Translations under genes and position numbers: made by a program
Part shown: one piece after another, positions 29,406 through 37,907 of the stretch
How positions within the stretch are numbered: position 1 is the stretch's first letter
Layout: every line of letters begins with the position of its first letter
The notes under the pieces: model-generated
What the model was told of the DNA's origin: nothing
Databases searched by the model: none
The model's input: the letters and a program-made list of their open reading frames with translations, nothing else
Source of the DNA: Alphaproteobacteria bacterium
Lineage (GTDB): Bacteria > Pseudomonadota > Alphaproteobacteria > RF32 > CAG-239
Length of the DNA: 64,000 nucleotides
Direction: 5' to 3'
Assembly: GCA_045111335.1 (NCBI GenBank)
Contig: JBGUGE010000076.1
Span: 85,945 to 149,944 of the forward strand

Positions 29406-29750
29406 ATGTTGTACAGAAAAATAAAGAATTTCTTATATAATAACAGATACACAATCGGGTTGGTGCTTTCTTTATTTTTGTATGCAACGGGCGCCTTCGC
29501 CGCAACCGGCGATACCGGTACGTTTAGCGCATTAAGCAACGCCGGTAAGACCATTTTTACAGGATTGCGTAAAATCATTTATCCGGCCGCCACCATCGGT
29601 ATTGCAAGTGTGTGTATCGGCGGAATGTTCGGCAGTTTCAACTGGAAATGGCTGATAGCCATTCTGCTCGGTGTATTTATTATTGCTTATGCCGAACAGA
29701 CCGGTTCGCTTGCTACCGGTGTGGAAGTTGATATGACGGCCAGTCAGTAG
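29406..29750 (+). CDS. virB2: VirB2/TrbC-type pilin, paralog 2
   Basis: 114 aa. AGGAGG RBS. Signal peptide (ATGAFAA). Two hydrophobic helices separated by NWKW. Confidence 0.7.
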   Translation: MLYRKIKNFLYNNRYTIGLVLSLFLYATGAFAATGDTGTFSALSNAGKTIFTGLRKIIYPAATIGIASVCIGGMFGSFNWKWLIAILLGVFIIAYAEQTGSLATGVEVDMTASQ

Positions 29751-29760
29751 GAGAAAAGTC

Positions 29761-30141
29761 ATGATGTGGATGCGTTTTACAGCTTTATTGCTCTTTATGA
29801 CATTCGGCGTGGTGTGTGATGCGTTTGCCGCCGGAGAAGGTGAGATTTTTGACCAGTTGGCCGATCGGGCCATTGTTATCGGCGGCGGACTGCGTGACAG
29901 CGGATATCTGATTGCCGCGTTTGGGTTGGTATTCTTTTCGTTTATGGCAATCTTCAATAAAATTTCATGGAAAAACTTGGGTTATATCATGTTGGGCTGT
30001 TTTATTTTGAGCACAATGTTCTGGTATGTTATGTGGGTTGCCGAGGGTAGCAACAGTATACCTGTATTGAACTTTGATACGCAGGGTGAGGCGGCCGGAA
30101 CCATTCCGGAAAATGCAATTAATGCCATAACTCACAAATAA
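29761..30141 (+). CDS. virB2: VirB2/TrbC-type pilin, paralog 3 (longer C-terminal tail)
   Basis: 126 aa. Signal peptide (CDAFAA). Two hydrophobic helices separated by ISWKN. The tail is SNSIPVLNFDTQGEAAGTIPENAINAITHK. Confidence 0.65.
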   Translation: MMWMRFTALLLFMTFGVVCDAFAAGEGEIFDQLADRAIVIGGGLRDSGYLIAAFGLVFFSFMAIFNKISWKNLGYIMLGCFILSTMFWYVMWVAEGSNSIPVLNFDTQGEAAGTIPENAINAITHK

Positions 30142-30161
30142 CGGTGGAGTGAAAAAACTCA

Positions 30162-30605
30162 ATGAAAATTATTCTTCTGTTTCTTATGGTTTGTTTTTCA
30201 GCGTCTCCGGCTTTAGCTTATAAAGAAGACAGTCGTGCCGGCGAGACCCAGTTGACGGCCGGAGAACAGAACAGTAACTTCTATCGATTGACCAGCCGCG
30301 GTTCGGAAGCACTTAAAAAACTCAAGCAGGCCGATGAATACGTCGGCCGTGTTCAGGCTTCCGGCAGACAGGTTAATGCCTCGGCGTTGGAAGATTTATT
30401 AAACTCGGAACAAAAAGATAAAGCCGAACAGGAAATAGAAAGATTGGCGGCAGACGTGCGTCGTCAAACGGCAGAATATGCACAGTTGCGGGTTGTGCCG
30501 GATCACAGTATGTTTGAAATGCTGACAAATATGCGTTCTCAGCAGGCAAAAGATGCGGATATGGCGCAACAATTGGCCGGTCAGTTGCAACGGAGGGGCC
30601 GATGA
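30162..30605 (+). CDS. Secreted coiled-coil protein of unknown function
   Basis: 147 aa. Signal peptide (SASPALA). Charged helical remainder. ATGA overlap with virB3. Confidence 0.6.
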   Translation: MKIILLFLMVCFSASPALAYKEDSRAGETQLTAGEQNSNFYRLTSRGSEALKKLKQADEYVGRVQASGRQVNASALEDLLNSEQKDKAEQEIERLAADVRRQTAEYAQLRVVPDHSMFEMLTNMRSQQAKDADMAQQLAGQLQRRGR

Positions 30606-30892
30606 GAGAAGAGCTGTTAAAAGCCGTTGCGCAACCGCCGAAAGTTTTATGGGCGCCGATGGTGCCGGCCATTATTAATTTGGGAATACAATTTCCGGTA
30701 ATGTTTATGGCCATGGGTGTGGCGGATTTGAACCCGCTGTTTTTCATTGTTTTGATTATTATGGGCCATGTGGCATTGGTTTTTGCCGGCCTGAAAGAGC
30801 CGCACCTGTCGCGTATGCTGCAGGCTTACGGTCAGACATATATTAAAACGACAAATTTGTATCCTGTCAAAGGGAGTAAGTTCGAACCATGA
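30602..30892 (+). CDS. virB3: VirB3/TrbD-like inner-membrane protein
   Basis: 96 aa with two adjacent TM helices after a short N-terminus (PKVLWAPMVPAIINLGIQFPVMFMAMG / LFFIVLIIMGHVALVFAG). ATGA overlaps on both sides. Immediately precedes virB4. Confidence 0.75.
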   Translation: MREELLKAVAQPPKVLWAPMVPAIINLGIQFPVMFMAMGVADLNPLFFIVLIIMGHVALVFAGLKEPHLSRMLQAYGQTYIKTTNLYPVKGSKFEP

Positions 30893-33318
30893 ATGATTAT
30901 GATTTTTTTAGCCTATTTGTTCGAGGATTAAGCAATTTCGAGGTTATTGCCGCGCTGATCGGTATTCTGTCGGCGGCATCATTTGCGGTCTTGCTTTCAA
31001 CAAAATTCGGTAACTGGGTTTTGCCACAACCGCGTGAATCTCGAGTTTCCGACTTTTTGCCGTTTCAAAAGCTTATGTCTGACGGTGTGACTATTCAATG
31101 TCGTAACAACTCATACGCCCGCGTTTTCAGGTTAGAGGGCGTCGATTTATCTTCAGCCACCGGCGAAAAGGTCTATTCCATGATGGAAGCGCGCAAATCG
31201 TGGCTCGACGATTTATCCAACATGCAGGTTATCGCTCGCGTGATTACCACTCGTGAACATGATGAGCTTGAAAGCGAAAAGCGTGAATTTAATAATCCGC
31301 TTTTGGATACGATTTCGCAAATTTGGTTCAGCCAGATGAATCGAATTTATACCAACAAACACTATATAGTTTTGTCGGTGATTGACCGCAAAGATGCGTT
31401 GAAAGATTTGAACTATGCCTCGCAAAGTTTGATGTCTACCATGGGTGAATACGGTGTGAGCCCGATGTACGAAACGGAAGGCAGCAGTCCGCTGGATAGC
31501 CCGTTTTATTTATTCTCGCGTTTGTGTAGTCCGGTTTCTTTGCCTACCCCGAAAGTTAACGGCACTGAGGGTATGCGTCTGTGCGAAATGCTGACCGGAG
31601 ACCATATTCATTTTACGCAGGAAGAGGGAATTATTCACTTCTTTTCCGGCGATAAAGACTTATATGAAATTGCGTTCGGTATTCGCTCCAGCGGTGAGGC
31701 TTGGGACGAAAGCATGATTTACTCGCTGAATGCTATTGACTGCGAATTGGTTTTGTTGCACAACATTCGTCCGATGTTCCGAGCACAGGCTCGCGGTTTG
31801 TTGATGCAACAGCAACGTATGGCTTTAACTACCAGTTTTTCGGCCGGTGTGGTTGAACAATACGCAACGGCTTTGGCTTCAATTGATGACAGCGATAACG
31901 ATTATCAATCGCTCTCCGAATACGCCATGACCATTATCGCCAAAGGGCGCTCCAAAGAGGAACTTGATTTTGCCGAGTCTGAAATTCAGAGAATTTGTCG
32001 TGCATTCGGTGTAACTCCGGTACGCGAGGGCTGGGTGGCGCAGGCCGTGTTCTTCACACAATTCCCGACCTACGACACATATCCGAGAACTTACCTCTAC
32101 TTATCACGTGCGATTGCTATGGGAATCACCTTAGATAAACCGGCAGAAGGATTTAGCAAGAGTGACTGGGGTAAGGGTGCTATTTCTGTTTTCCGCACTA
32201 TGTCCGGCTCGGCGTATCGCTTCCAATTCCATGTCAGCAGTGAGGAATCTGCGGTGGCGCACTGTTGTATCATCGGTCCGACCGGACAAGGTAAAACAAC
32301 TTTGCTGACTTTCTTGGCCGGTCAGGCAATGCGACATGCCGACTTGCGCGTATTCTTCTTTGACCGTCACCTCGGTGCGCAGATTTTCACACGGGCGGTT
32401 AAAGGTGCATACGTGGGCTTTGACGGCGATGAAAAGAACGTATCGCTTAATCCGTTCGATTGTGCCAATACCTCAGAAAACCGTGCGTTTTTGCGGCGGT
32501 GGCTGAAGTCTATTACCATGGTGGATGATGCTTTGGCTGACCGCGAAGTAGCGCGTGCCGTTACTACGGCGTTTGATTATTTGCGTCCGGAAGAGCGGGT
32601 TTTATCCAACTTATACAAGAGTTGCTTTTCTCCGACCGGCAATATGCGTCGCGAGCTGTATCGCTGGGTTAATCCGGATCAATACGGCGCGATTTTTAAC
32701 GGTCAGGACGACAGTTTGGATTTGAAGAGCCGCCGCTTTATGGCGTTTGACTTTACGCATATTTTTGAAGATGAAAATCTGGCCCCGGCGGTAATCAGCT
32801 ACATCATGCACCGTATTCAGTCGGAAACCGGCGAAACCGGCGTTCCTTCGCTGATTATGATTGATGAAACGGCGCCGATGCTGAAGCACCCGATGTTTAG
32901 AGATTACTTTATTATAGGTTTGCAGGAAGGTCGTAAAAAACGTCAAGCTTACTTGTGTGCGTTCCAACAGCCGAACATTGTCGATAAGTTAGGTGTCGGC
33001 GAGGTTATCCGCGGTCAATGCCAAACCGTAATTTTCTTCCGCAACCCGCAGGCCCAACCGGAAGATTATGCTAACTGGAATTTGACTCAGAATGAGTTGG
33101 ACTTTATTTTCGGTAAGAGCTATCGTGACTTTCCGTATGCCATCCTGCTGTCGCGTCCGGTAACCGGTGAATCGGTTATTTTGGATGTTAACTTGGGCGG
33201 ATTGGGTAAATATTTACGCATCTATAACTCCGGCCGCAAAAATGTGTTGTTGGTACAGCAGCTGATAAAAGAATACGGCGAAGACGGCTTCTTGACAAAG
33301 TATTTAGACATATCATAG
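30889..33318 (+). CDS. virB4: VirB4/TrbE-family T4SS ATPase
   Basis: 809 aa. Walker A GPTGQGKTT, Walker B context SLIMIDETAPML. Size and N-terminal membrane-associated region are typical of VirB4. Confidence 0.9.
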   Translation: MNDYDFFSLFVRGLSNFEVIAALIGILSAASFAVLLSTKFGNWVLPQPRESRVSDFLPFQKLMSDGVTIQCRNNSYARVFRLEGVDLSSATGEKVYSMMEARKSWLDDLSNMQVIARVITTREHDELESEKREFNNPLLDTISQIWFSQMNRIYTNKHYIVLSVIDRKDALKDLNYASQSLMSTMGEYGVSPMYETEGSSPLDSPFYLFSRLCSPVSLPTPKVNGTEGMRLCEMLTGDHIHFTQEEGIIHFFSGDKDLYEIAFGIRSSGEAWDESMIYSLNAIDCELVLLHNIRPMFRAQARGLLMQQQRMALTTSFSAGVVEQYATALASIDDSDNDYQSLSEYAMTIIAKGRSKEELDFAESEIQRICRAFGVTPVREGWVAQAVFFTQFPTYDTYPRTYLYLSRAIAMGITLDKPAEGFSKSDWGKGAISVFRTMSGSAYRFQFHVSSEESAVAHCCIIGPTGQGKTTLLTFLAGQAMRHADLRVFFFDRHLGAQIFTRAVKGAYVGFDGDEKNVSLNPFDCANTSENRAFLRRWLKSITMVDDALADREVARAVTTAFDYLRPEERVLSNLYKSCFSPTGNMRRELYRWVNPDQYGAIFNGQDDSLDLKSRRFMAFDFTHIFEDENLAPAVISYIMHRIQSETGETGVPSLIMIDETAPMLKHPMFRDYFIIGLQEGRKKRQAYLCAFQQPNIVDKLGVGEVIRGQCQTVIFFRNPQAQPEDYANWNLTQNELDFIFGKSYRDFPYAILLSRPVTGESVILDVNLGGLGKYLRIYNSGRKNVLLVQQLIKEYGEDGFLTKYLDIS

Positions 33319-33400
33319 AACTAAAATTTAACAAAAATGTCACACAACAAGGCATAAAAATATGTTATACTGACAGATATAGGAATTATAGGAGGCTATC

Positions 33401-33973
33401 ATGATGGGTAAAAAATGGGATATTAAGTACTTGGCGGTCTTAACCATTGTGATGTTTTTCGGCTGTGGAATTGCCTCCGTTTTTGCTGAAATTCCGACCA
33501 GCGACCAGACTGCGGAATCCGAAAAAGCCGAGGATCAATCAACGGAATCCCATGAAGACACTAATGAAGATATGAAAAAAGGGTTTAATGACAAAGCCCA
33601 AGATGAGCGCGGTTACGGTCCGCTTTCTTCTCCCGATTTGTATGGTAATCTGATTGATGATGTGTTAAACGGCAGATTCGGTCAAAACTGGAGCTCGCTG
33701 TTGGGCAAATTCGGCGAAGCAGTTGCTAAAGAGCAGCTTCTTAAAAAAACTCAGCGTAAAGAGATATACATGCGCAAAAAAGCAGTGCGGGAAAAATTGC
33801 ACGAAGAAGATGAGAAAAAACAAAAAGCTGAGGAAGAAATTGCAACAGGTCGTGAAGCCGAAGCTCCGAAAAAGAAGAAATGGTGGAAGAAAAAGTACGA
33901 TTGGTATAAAAGTAACGAGGTGGCTCAAGAAGCCGCCAAGAGTACTAAAGAATATCTGAAGAGCATCAGATAA
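33401..33973 (+). CDS. Secreted, highly charged (K/E-rich) protein of unknown function
   Basis: 190 aa. Signal peptide (GIASVFA). The C-terminal half is K/E-rich with a KKKKWWKKKYDWYK patch. Confidence 0.6.
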   Translation: MMGKKWDIKYLAVLTIVMFFGCGIASVFAEIPTSDQTAESEKAEDQSTESHEDTNEDMKKGFNDKAQDERGYGPLSSPDLYGNLIDDVLNGRFGQNWSSLLGKFGEAVAKEQLLKKTQRKEIYMRKKAVREKLHEEDEKKQKAEEEIATGREAEAPKKKKWWKKKYDWYKSNEVAQEAAKSTKEYLKSIR

Positions 33974-34014
33974 AAGGCATGGAGCGGCTGAACACAAAAA
34001 CAAAGGAGACGGCG

Positions 34015-34638
34015 ATGATGATACATAAAATTAAAAAAGCAATTCGTATAATCGCTTTTATTGCGGTGTTTATCGCCTATTCCGGAAATGCTTATGCAAT
34101 CGGTATTCCGACGTTTTTCAAAAAATATTTGGCGGATGTGATGCGGACTTGGACCGTAGGTACGATTTCTAAAAAGAAAGCAACCAAATATTATAACAAT
34201 GCAAAACTTGCGGAAGAAAATGCCGAACGCGGCAACAATATTGAATCTAACGCGATGTATTCTAAAATGGTCAATAATATGGACTGGGAAAGATTCGGTC
34301 GCGATCCGCTCGGTACGTTTCAGGATGCCAGCGAGAAAACAATGGATCAGGAGCTGCAGGAATACGCTCAAAAGCAAAAGAAGAAGGCCGAAGATTATAT
34401 TGATAAAAAGAAAAATGAACGGAAAAAGAAACAAGCTGATAAAAAGAAGAAAACAACAGGAAACGAAAACGGTAAATCGGATAGCAAAAACGGAGAATAT
34501 CGCGATCAGGTTTTCAAGTGGTTACAAAAGAACAGCGCAGCCGTTGCCACTACCGCCTCATCGGCAGCATCGGGTGACAGAGGCGGAGTTTGGAACGGCG
34601 TAGAGCAGGGTGTTCGCAACAATACCAAAAAGAAATAA
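34015..34638 (+). CDS. Secreted charged protein, possible VirB5/TrbJ-like N-terminus
   Basis: AAGGAG RBS before the ATG at 34015 (alternative start 33979). Signal peptide (SGNAYA). The mature end IGIPTFFKKYL resembles the GIPV-type start of TrbJ/VirB5. A K-rich central region follows. Confidence 0.55.
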   Translation: MMIHKIKKAIRIIAFIAVFIAYSGNAYAIGIPTFFKKYLADVMRTWTVGTISKKKATKYYNNAKLAEENAERGNNIESNAMYSKMVNNMDWERFGRDPLGTFQDASEKTMDQELQEYAQKQKKKAEDYIDKKKNERKKKQADKKKKTTGNENGKSDSKNGEYRDQVFKWLQKNSAAVATTASSAASGDRGGVWNGVEQGVRNNTKKK

Positions 34639-34672
34639 CTGGTGAGAACCGTAACAAAAAAGGAACCGTGTG

Positions 34673-35365
34673 ATGATAAAGACAGATAAATTAATAAAAA
34701 TATTGGTGGTTGTTCTGCTCGGGCTGATGTATAATCCGTCGGCATCCTTTGCCGAGGAGCCGGATGCGGACACGGATACATACCATTATCAAGCTAAGAG
34801 AAGAACCAAATCCGCCGAGCAAATCAGAGCCGAAGAAGAAGAGGAAGATAAAAAAGAAGAAGAAAATATCGACGATGTAAATTATGACAACACATATAAT
34901 AAACTTCCGTTGCTTCCGGAGGCTATGGTTTTGCGCTGCAAGATGAATGCGCAGGATATTGCCGAAGATTTGTCTTTGTTGGATGAGTGTTTCAAAATAA
35001 TTAAAAGGGCGGAAAATAACGCCAATGCAGCCATTAAAATGCAAGCCATTCATGATTTTGACGTTATAAACAATCAGGCTCTGACGGATTCGCTCGCCAA
35101 TGCCAGTCTCAAGTTAATCAGCTCTTCAAACTACGAGGATGCGCAAAACAATTATGTCAACAGTACATTTATGTCGGGAACTCAACGTGAAACAGAAGTA
35201 GCCTTAGGCAATACGCAGGGTTTTCAAAATGACTTGTTGAACAATTATCGCGGGATACTCGCTGAAGAGCTTAAGCGCCGAGCGATTGAGGGAATCATGA
35301 ATATAGACCCGTCGGCGATTCTGAACGAAGACGAATACAACGAAAGCAAACATGCAACACCATAA
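34673..35365 (+). CDS. Secreted helical protein, paralog A of a two-member family (VirB5-position)
   Basis: Signal peptide (NPSASFA). Alignable with the next gene: LPLLPEAMVLRCKMNAQDIAEDLSLLDECFKII vs GELFPPAMVIKCKTNAEDMAKEFSKLEECIKLY; YRGILAEELKRRAIEGIMNIDPSAI vs VRDLYAEELKAMAIAGIQNIDPAAI. The 5' leaders are also similar (aaaaggaacYgtgNgATGATAAA). Confidence 0.65.
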   Translation: MIKTDKLIKILVVVLLGLMYNPSASFAEEPDADTDTYHYQAKRRTKSAEQIRAEEEEEDKKEEENIDDVNYDNTYNKLPLLPEAMVLRCKMNAQDIAEDLSLLDECFKIIKRAENNANAAIKMQAIHDFDVINNQALTDSLANASLKLISSSNYEDAQNNYVNSTFMSGTQRETEVALGNTQGFQNDLLNNYRGILAEELKRRAIEGIMNIDPSAILNEDEYNESKHATP

Positions 35366-35384
35366 AGGAAAAAGGAACTGTGAG

Positions 35385-36755
35385 ATGATAAATATGATTA
35401 GATTTATAAAAATATTTGTACTGGTCCTGTTCGGGCTGTTGTATAATTCATCGCTTTCCTTTGCCGATAGTGTGGAAACGGATACAACTACCAATAAGAG
35501 CGGCTCAATATCATCAGAAAAGACCACCGGTTATGCCATCGGCGGTTCCACCAGCGGCGGCGGTTCGGAACAACCGGGTACCGGGGATGAAGAAGATGAG
35601 GATGAAGACGACGCAGAAGATGAAGAAGAGGATGATGAAGAAGAGGATGACGAAAACGCAAATTACAGCAATCTCTTTCATGGCGGCGAGTTGTTCCCTC
35701 CGGCAATGGTGATTAAATGCAAAACAAATGCGGAAGATATGGCAAAAGAATTCAGTAAATTGGAGGAATGCATCAAACTCTATGTCAGAGATATGAACAG
35801 TTCCAATCCGGCCGCAAAATCACAAGGCATTAAAGATTTCAATACCCTGAATTATCAGTCATTAAGAGCCATGATGACTAATTCAATCGAAAAAATCAAA
35901 ACAATGGCAAACTATAATGAAACGCAAAATAAATACACCGAAACCACCGGTTCGGCCAATACTCAGCGGGATACTACAGGAGGTTCGGCCAACAATCAGG
36001 CATTTTCGGTTAACTTAATCAATGATGTCAGAGATTTGTACGCCGAAGAGCTTAAGGCTATGGCGATTGCGGGAATTCAAAACATTGATCCGGCGGCTAT
36101 TGCGGAAGAGGAAGAACAGGAAGAGGCCGGTACTACCGTTAAGGGTTCTGCTTCAACCGAAACCGATTACGGTACCGTAAGCTCGGAGACCGTAATCAAT
36201 CCGGGTGGTGCAAGTTCCAACAGTCTTAATCCGTATATGGAATATTTCAAGACTGACTACAGTGCACCGAGCGGGAACGGTGATGGTGACGGCAATGGAG
36301 AAAACCCTGATGCAGATGCCAACGGTGACGGTAATGGAGATAATCCTGACGCAGACGGTAACGGAGACAATCCTGACGCAGACGGTAACGGAGATAATCC
36401 TGATGCAGACGCCAACGACGACGGGGGTAAGCCTGATGGAGAGGAACCGCAAGCAGAACCGGAACCGCAAGCAGAACCGGAACCTGAGCCGGAGCCGGAA
36501 CCTGAGCCGGAGCCGGAGCCTGAACCTGCCGGAGTTGATACGTCCGGACTTGAAAATGAGGTTTTCAGACTTTCTAATTTAGATGATGAGGAACTTGCGC
36601 AAAATGCGGGTAACATCAACAGTTTGATAGCACAAGCCGAAGCAATTTTAAATAATCCGAATGCCACGAATCATGACAAAGCGGTGGCATACAGAGCCAA
36701 GCAGGATTTGGAATCTTTGCAAGGTGACATAAAGGACATATTAAATGGTAACTGA
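35385..36755 (+). CDS. Secreted helical protein, paralog B, with acidic N-terminal insert and a C-terminal GNGDNPDAD / EP repeat extension
   Basis: Signal peptide (NSSLSFA). Poly-D/E stretch (DEEDEDEDDAEDEEEDDEEEDDE). A core paralogous to 34673-35365. Tandem repeats, then a helical tail. Confidence 0.65.
   Translation: MINMIRFIKIFVLVLFGLLYNSSLSFADSVETDTTTNKSGSISSEKTTGYAIGGSTSGGGSEQPGTGDEEDEDEDDAEDEEEDDEEEDDENANYSNLFHGGELFPPAMVIKCKTNAEDMAKEFSKLEECIKLYVRDMNSSNPAAKSQGIKDFNTLNYQSLRAMMTNSIEKIKTMANYNETQNKYTETTGSANTQRDTTGGSANNQAFSVNLINDVRDLYAEELKAMAIAGIQNIDPAAIAEEEEQEEAGTTVKGSASTETDYGTVSSETVINPGGASSNSLNPYMEYFKTDYSAPSGNGDGDGNGENPDADANGDGNGDNPDADGNGDNPDADGNGDNPDADANDDGGKPDGEEPQAEPEPQAEPEPEPEPEPEPEPEPEPAGVDTSGLENEVFRLSNLDDEELAQNAGNINSLIAQAEAILNNPNATNHDKAVAYRAKQDLESLQGDIKDILNGN
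36276..36527 (+). repeat. In-frame tandem repeats: about four units of 27 nt (GNG[DE]NPDAD), followed by EPQAEP x2 and (EP)n
   Basis: ggtaacggagaYaatcctgaYgcagac is repeated head-to-tail (36356-36409 and degenerate copies upstream). This is followed by gaaccgcaagcagaaccg x2 and about nine GAR-CCN dipeptide codon pairs. Confidence 0.85.
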
Positions 36756-36800
36756 TGAGGCAAACGGTATTAAAAAGGGCAAAGCAGAAGGGAGGATAAA

Positions 36801-37907
36801 ATGAAGAAATACATATTGACATTTGTAGTGACCATCGGTCTGCTGTTGCCTAAAGATGCATTGGCAATGCTTGATTTTTTGAAAGATTTGGTGGAATTCC
36901 TCGAAAACTGTCAGGAACAAGTTACACGCGTGGTTGACGATTACAATAAATATCAAATGCAGTTGCAAGAATATACAACTACCATGGATAACGTTAAAAA
37001 ATACAAAAAAATGGCACAAAAAGCTGTTGATACCGGAAGAAAGGTCAGACGTGTGGCGTCCGGAGATTATTCGGAATTCTTCAATACCAAACTCAGCAGT
37101 CTGCAGTGGCCGGGACTTGATGCCGCGTCCGATGCCGGTGAATATGTTACGCCGCAAGTCAAACGTCAGGTTGCGCTGTCTTATTTTAAGAAAAGACACA
37201 CCAACAAGGATATTGAAACTACAGCTGCCAAAGATGAGGCAATGAACAATTTAGGCATTGATAACTTGGCGATTGATTATGCCAACGCGCTGTCAAAACG
37301 CAAAAATATGCTGGACGAGTTGGAGAAAGACTCAGATGACGAAGAAGATTCAGATGACGGAAAAGACGTTAATGAGTTAGAGCAAAAATACGGCGTTGTG
37401 AATCGTCGCGCCAATCACCGTTGGCAAGATATAGTAATGTTTGAGGCATCGCATATTTCCAATACGTTGAAACCTAAAGCCAACAATATTCGTGTTGACG
37501 ATATGTCGGAAGTTATCGGTGAAGACGCCAAAGAGGCAGCTACCGAGTTGCAGAATCAGGGTGTGAGAATTCCGGAAAACGGTTCTAACGGATTTTTCAG
37601 AGACAATGTGACTGTCGGTGATGTTTATCGTTTGGCTACATCCGGTATAGACGCATTAAAACGTCAGGATTACTCATCAGCATTCAATTCCATGTCCGGC
37701 TTATATTCCGGCACCGGAAAGAGTGACCCTAAGGTAGAAGAAACATTGCGCAAGATTTCAAGCAAAATGTCTACAAGCGAGTATATTTATGATCGGGCTG
37801 AGGCCGGTGATTATGATAGTGTAATTGATAAAACCTATGACGAAGGTAAAGGCTATTATGACGAAATCAATAAAACAAAAAAAGAAAAGGAGAAAACCAA
37901 TGATTAA
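36801..37907 (+). CDS. VirB5/TrbJ-like secreted protein (extended)
   Basis: Signal peptide (PKDALA). The mature N-terminus MLDFLKDLVEFLENCQEQVTRVVDDYNKYQMQLQEYTTTMDNVKKY resembles the TrbJ/VirB5 N-terminal helix, with a QYQ-x-QLQ-type motif. 368 aa, longer than typical VirB5. Confidence 0.5.
   Translation: MKKYILTFVVTIGLLLPKDALAMLDFLKDLVEFLENCQEQVTRVVDDYNKYQMQLQEYTTTMDNVKKYKKMAQKAVDTGRKVRRVASGDYSEFFNTKLSSLQWPGLDAASDAGEYVTPQVKRQVALSYFKKRHTNKDIETTAAKDEAMNNLGIDNLAIDYANALSKRKNMLDELEKDSDDEEDSDDGKDVNELEQKYGVVNRRANHRWQDIVMFEASHISNTLKPKANNIRVDDMSEVIGEDAKEAATELQNQGVRIPENGSNGFFRDNVTVGDVYRLATSGIDALKRQDYSSAFNSMSGLYSGTGKSDPKVEETLRKISSKMSTSEYIYDRAEAGDYDSVIDKTYDEGKGYYDEINKTKKEKEKTND

Noticed and set aside
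36257-36667. 136-aa antisense ORF rich in GSGSGS
   Set aside because: It is the complement of the EP/GNGDNPDAD coding repeats and so an artefact of repeat composition.
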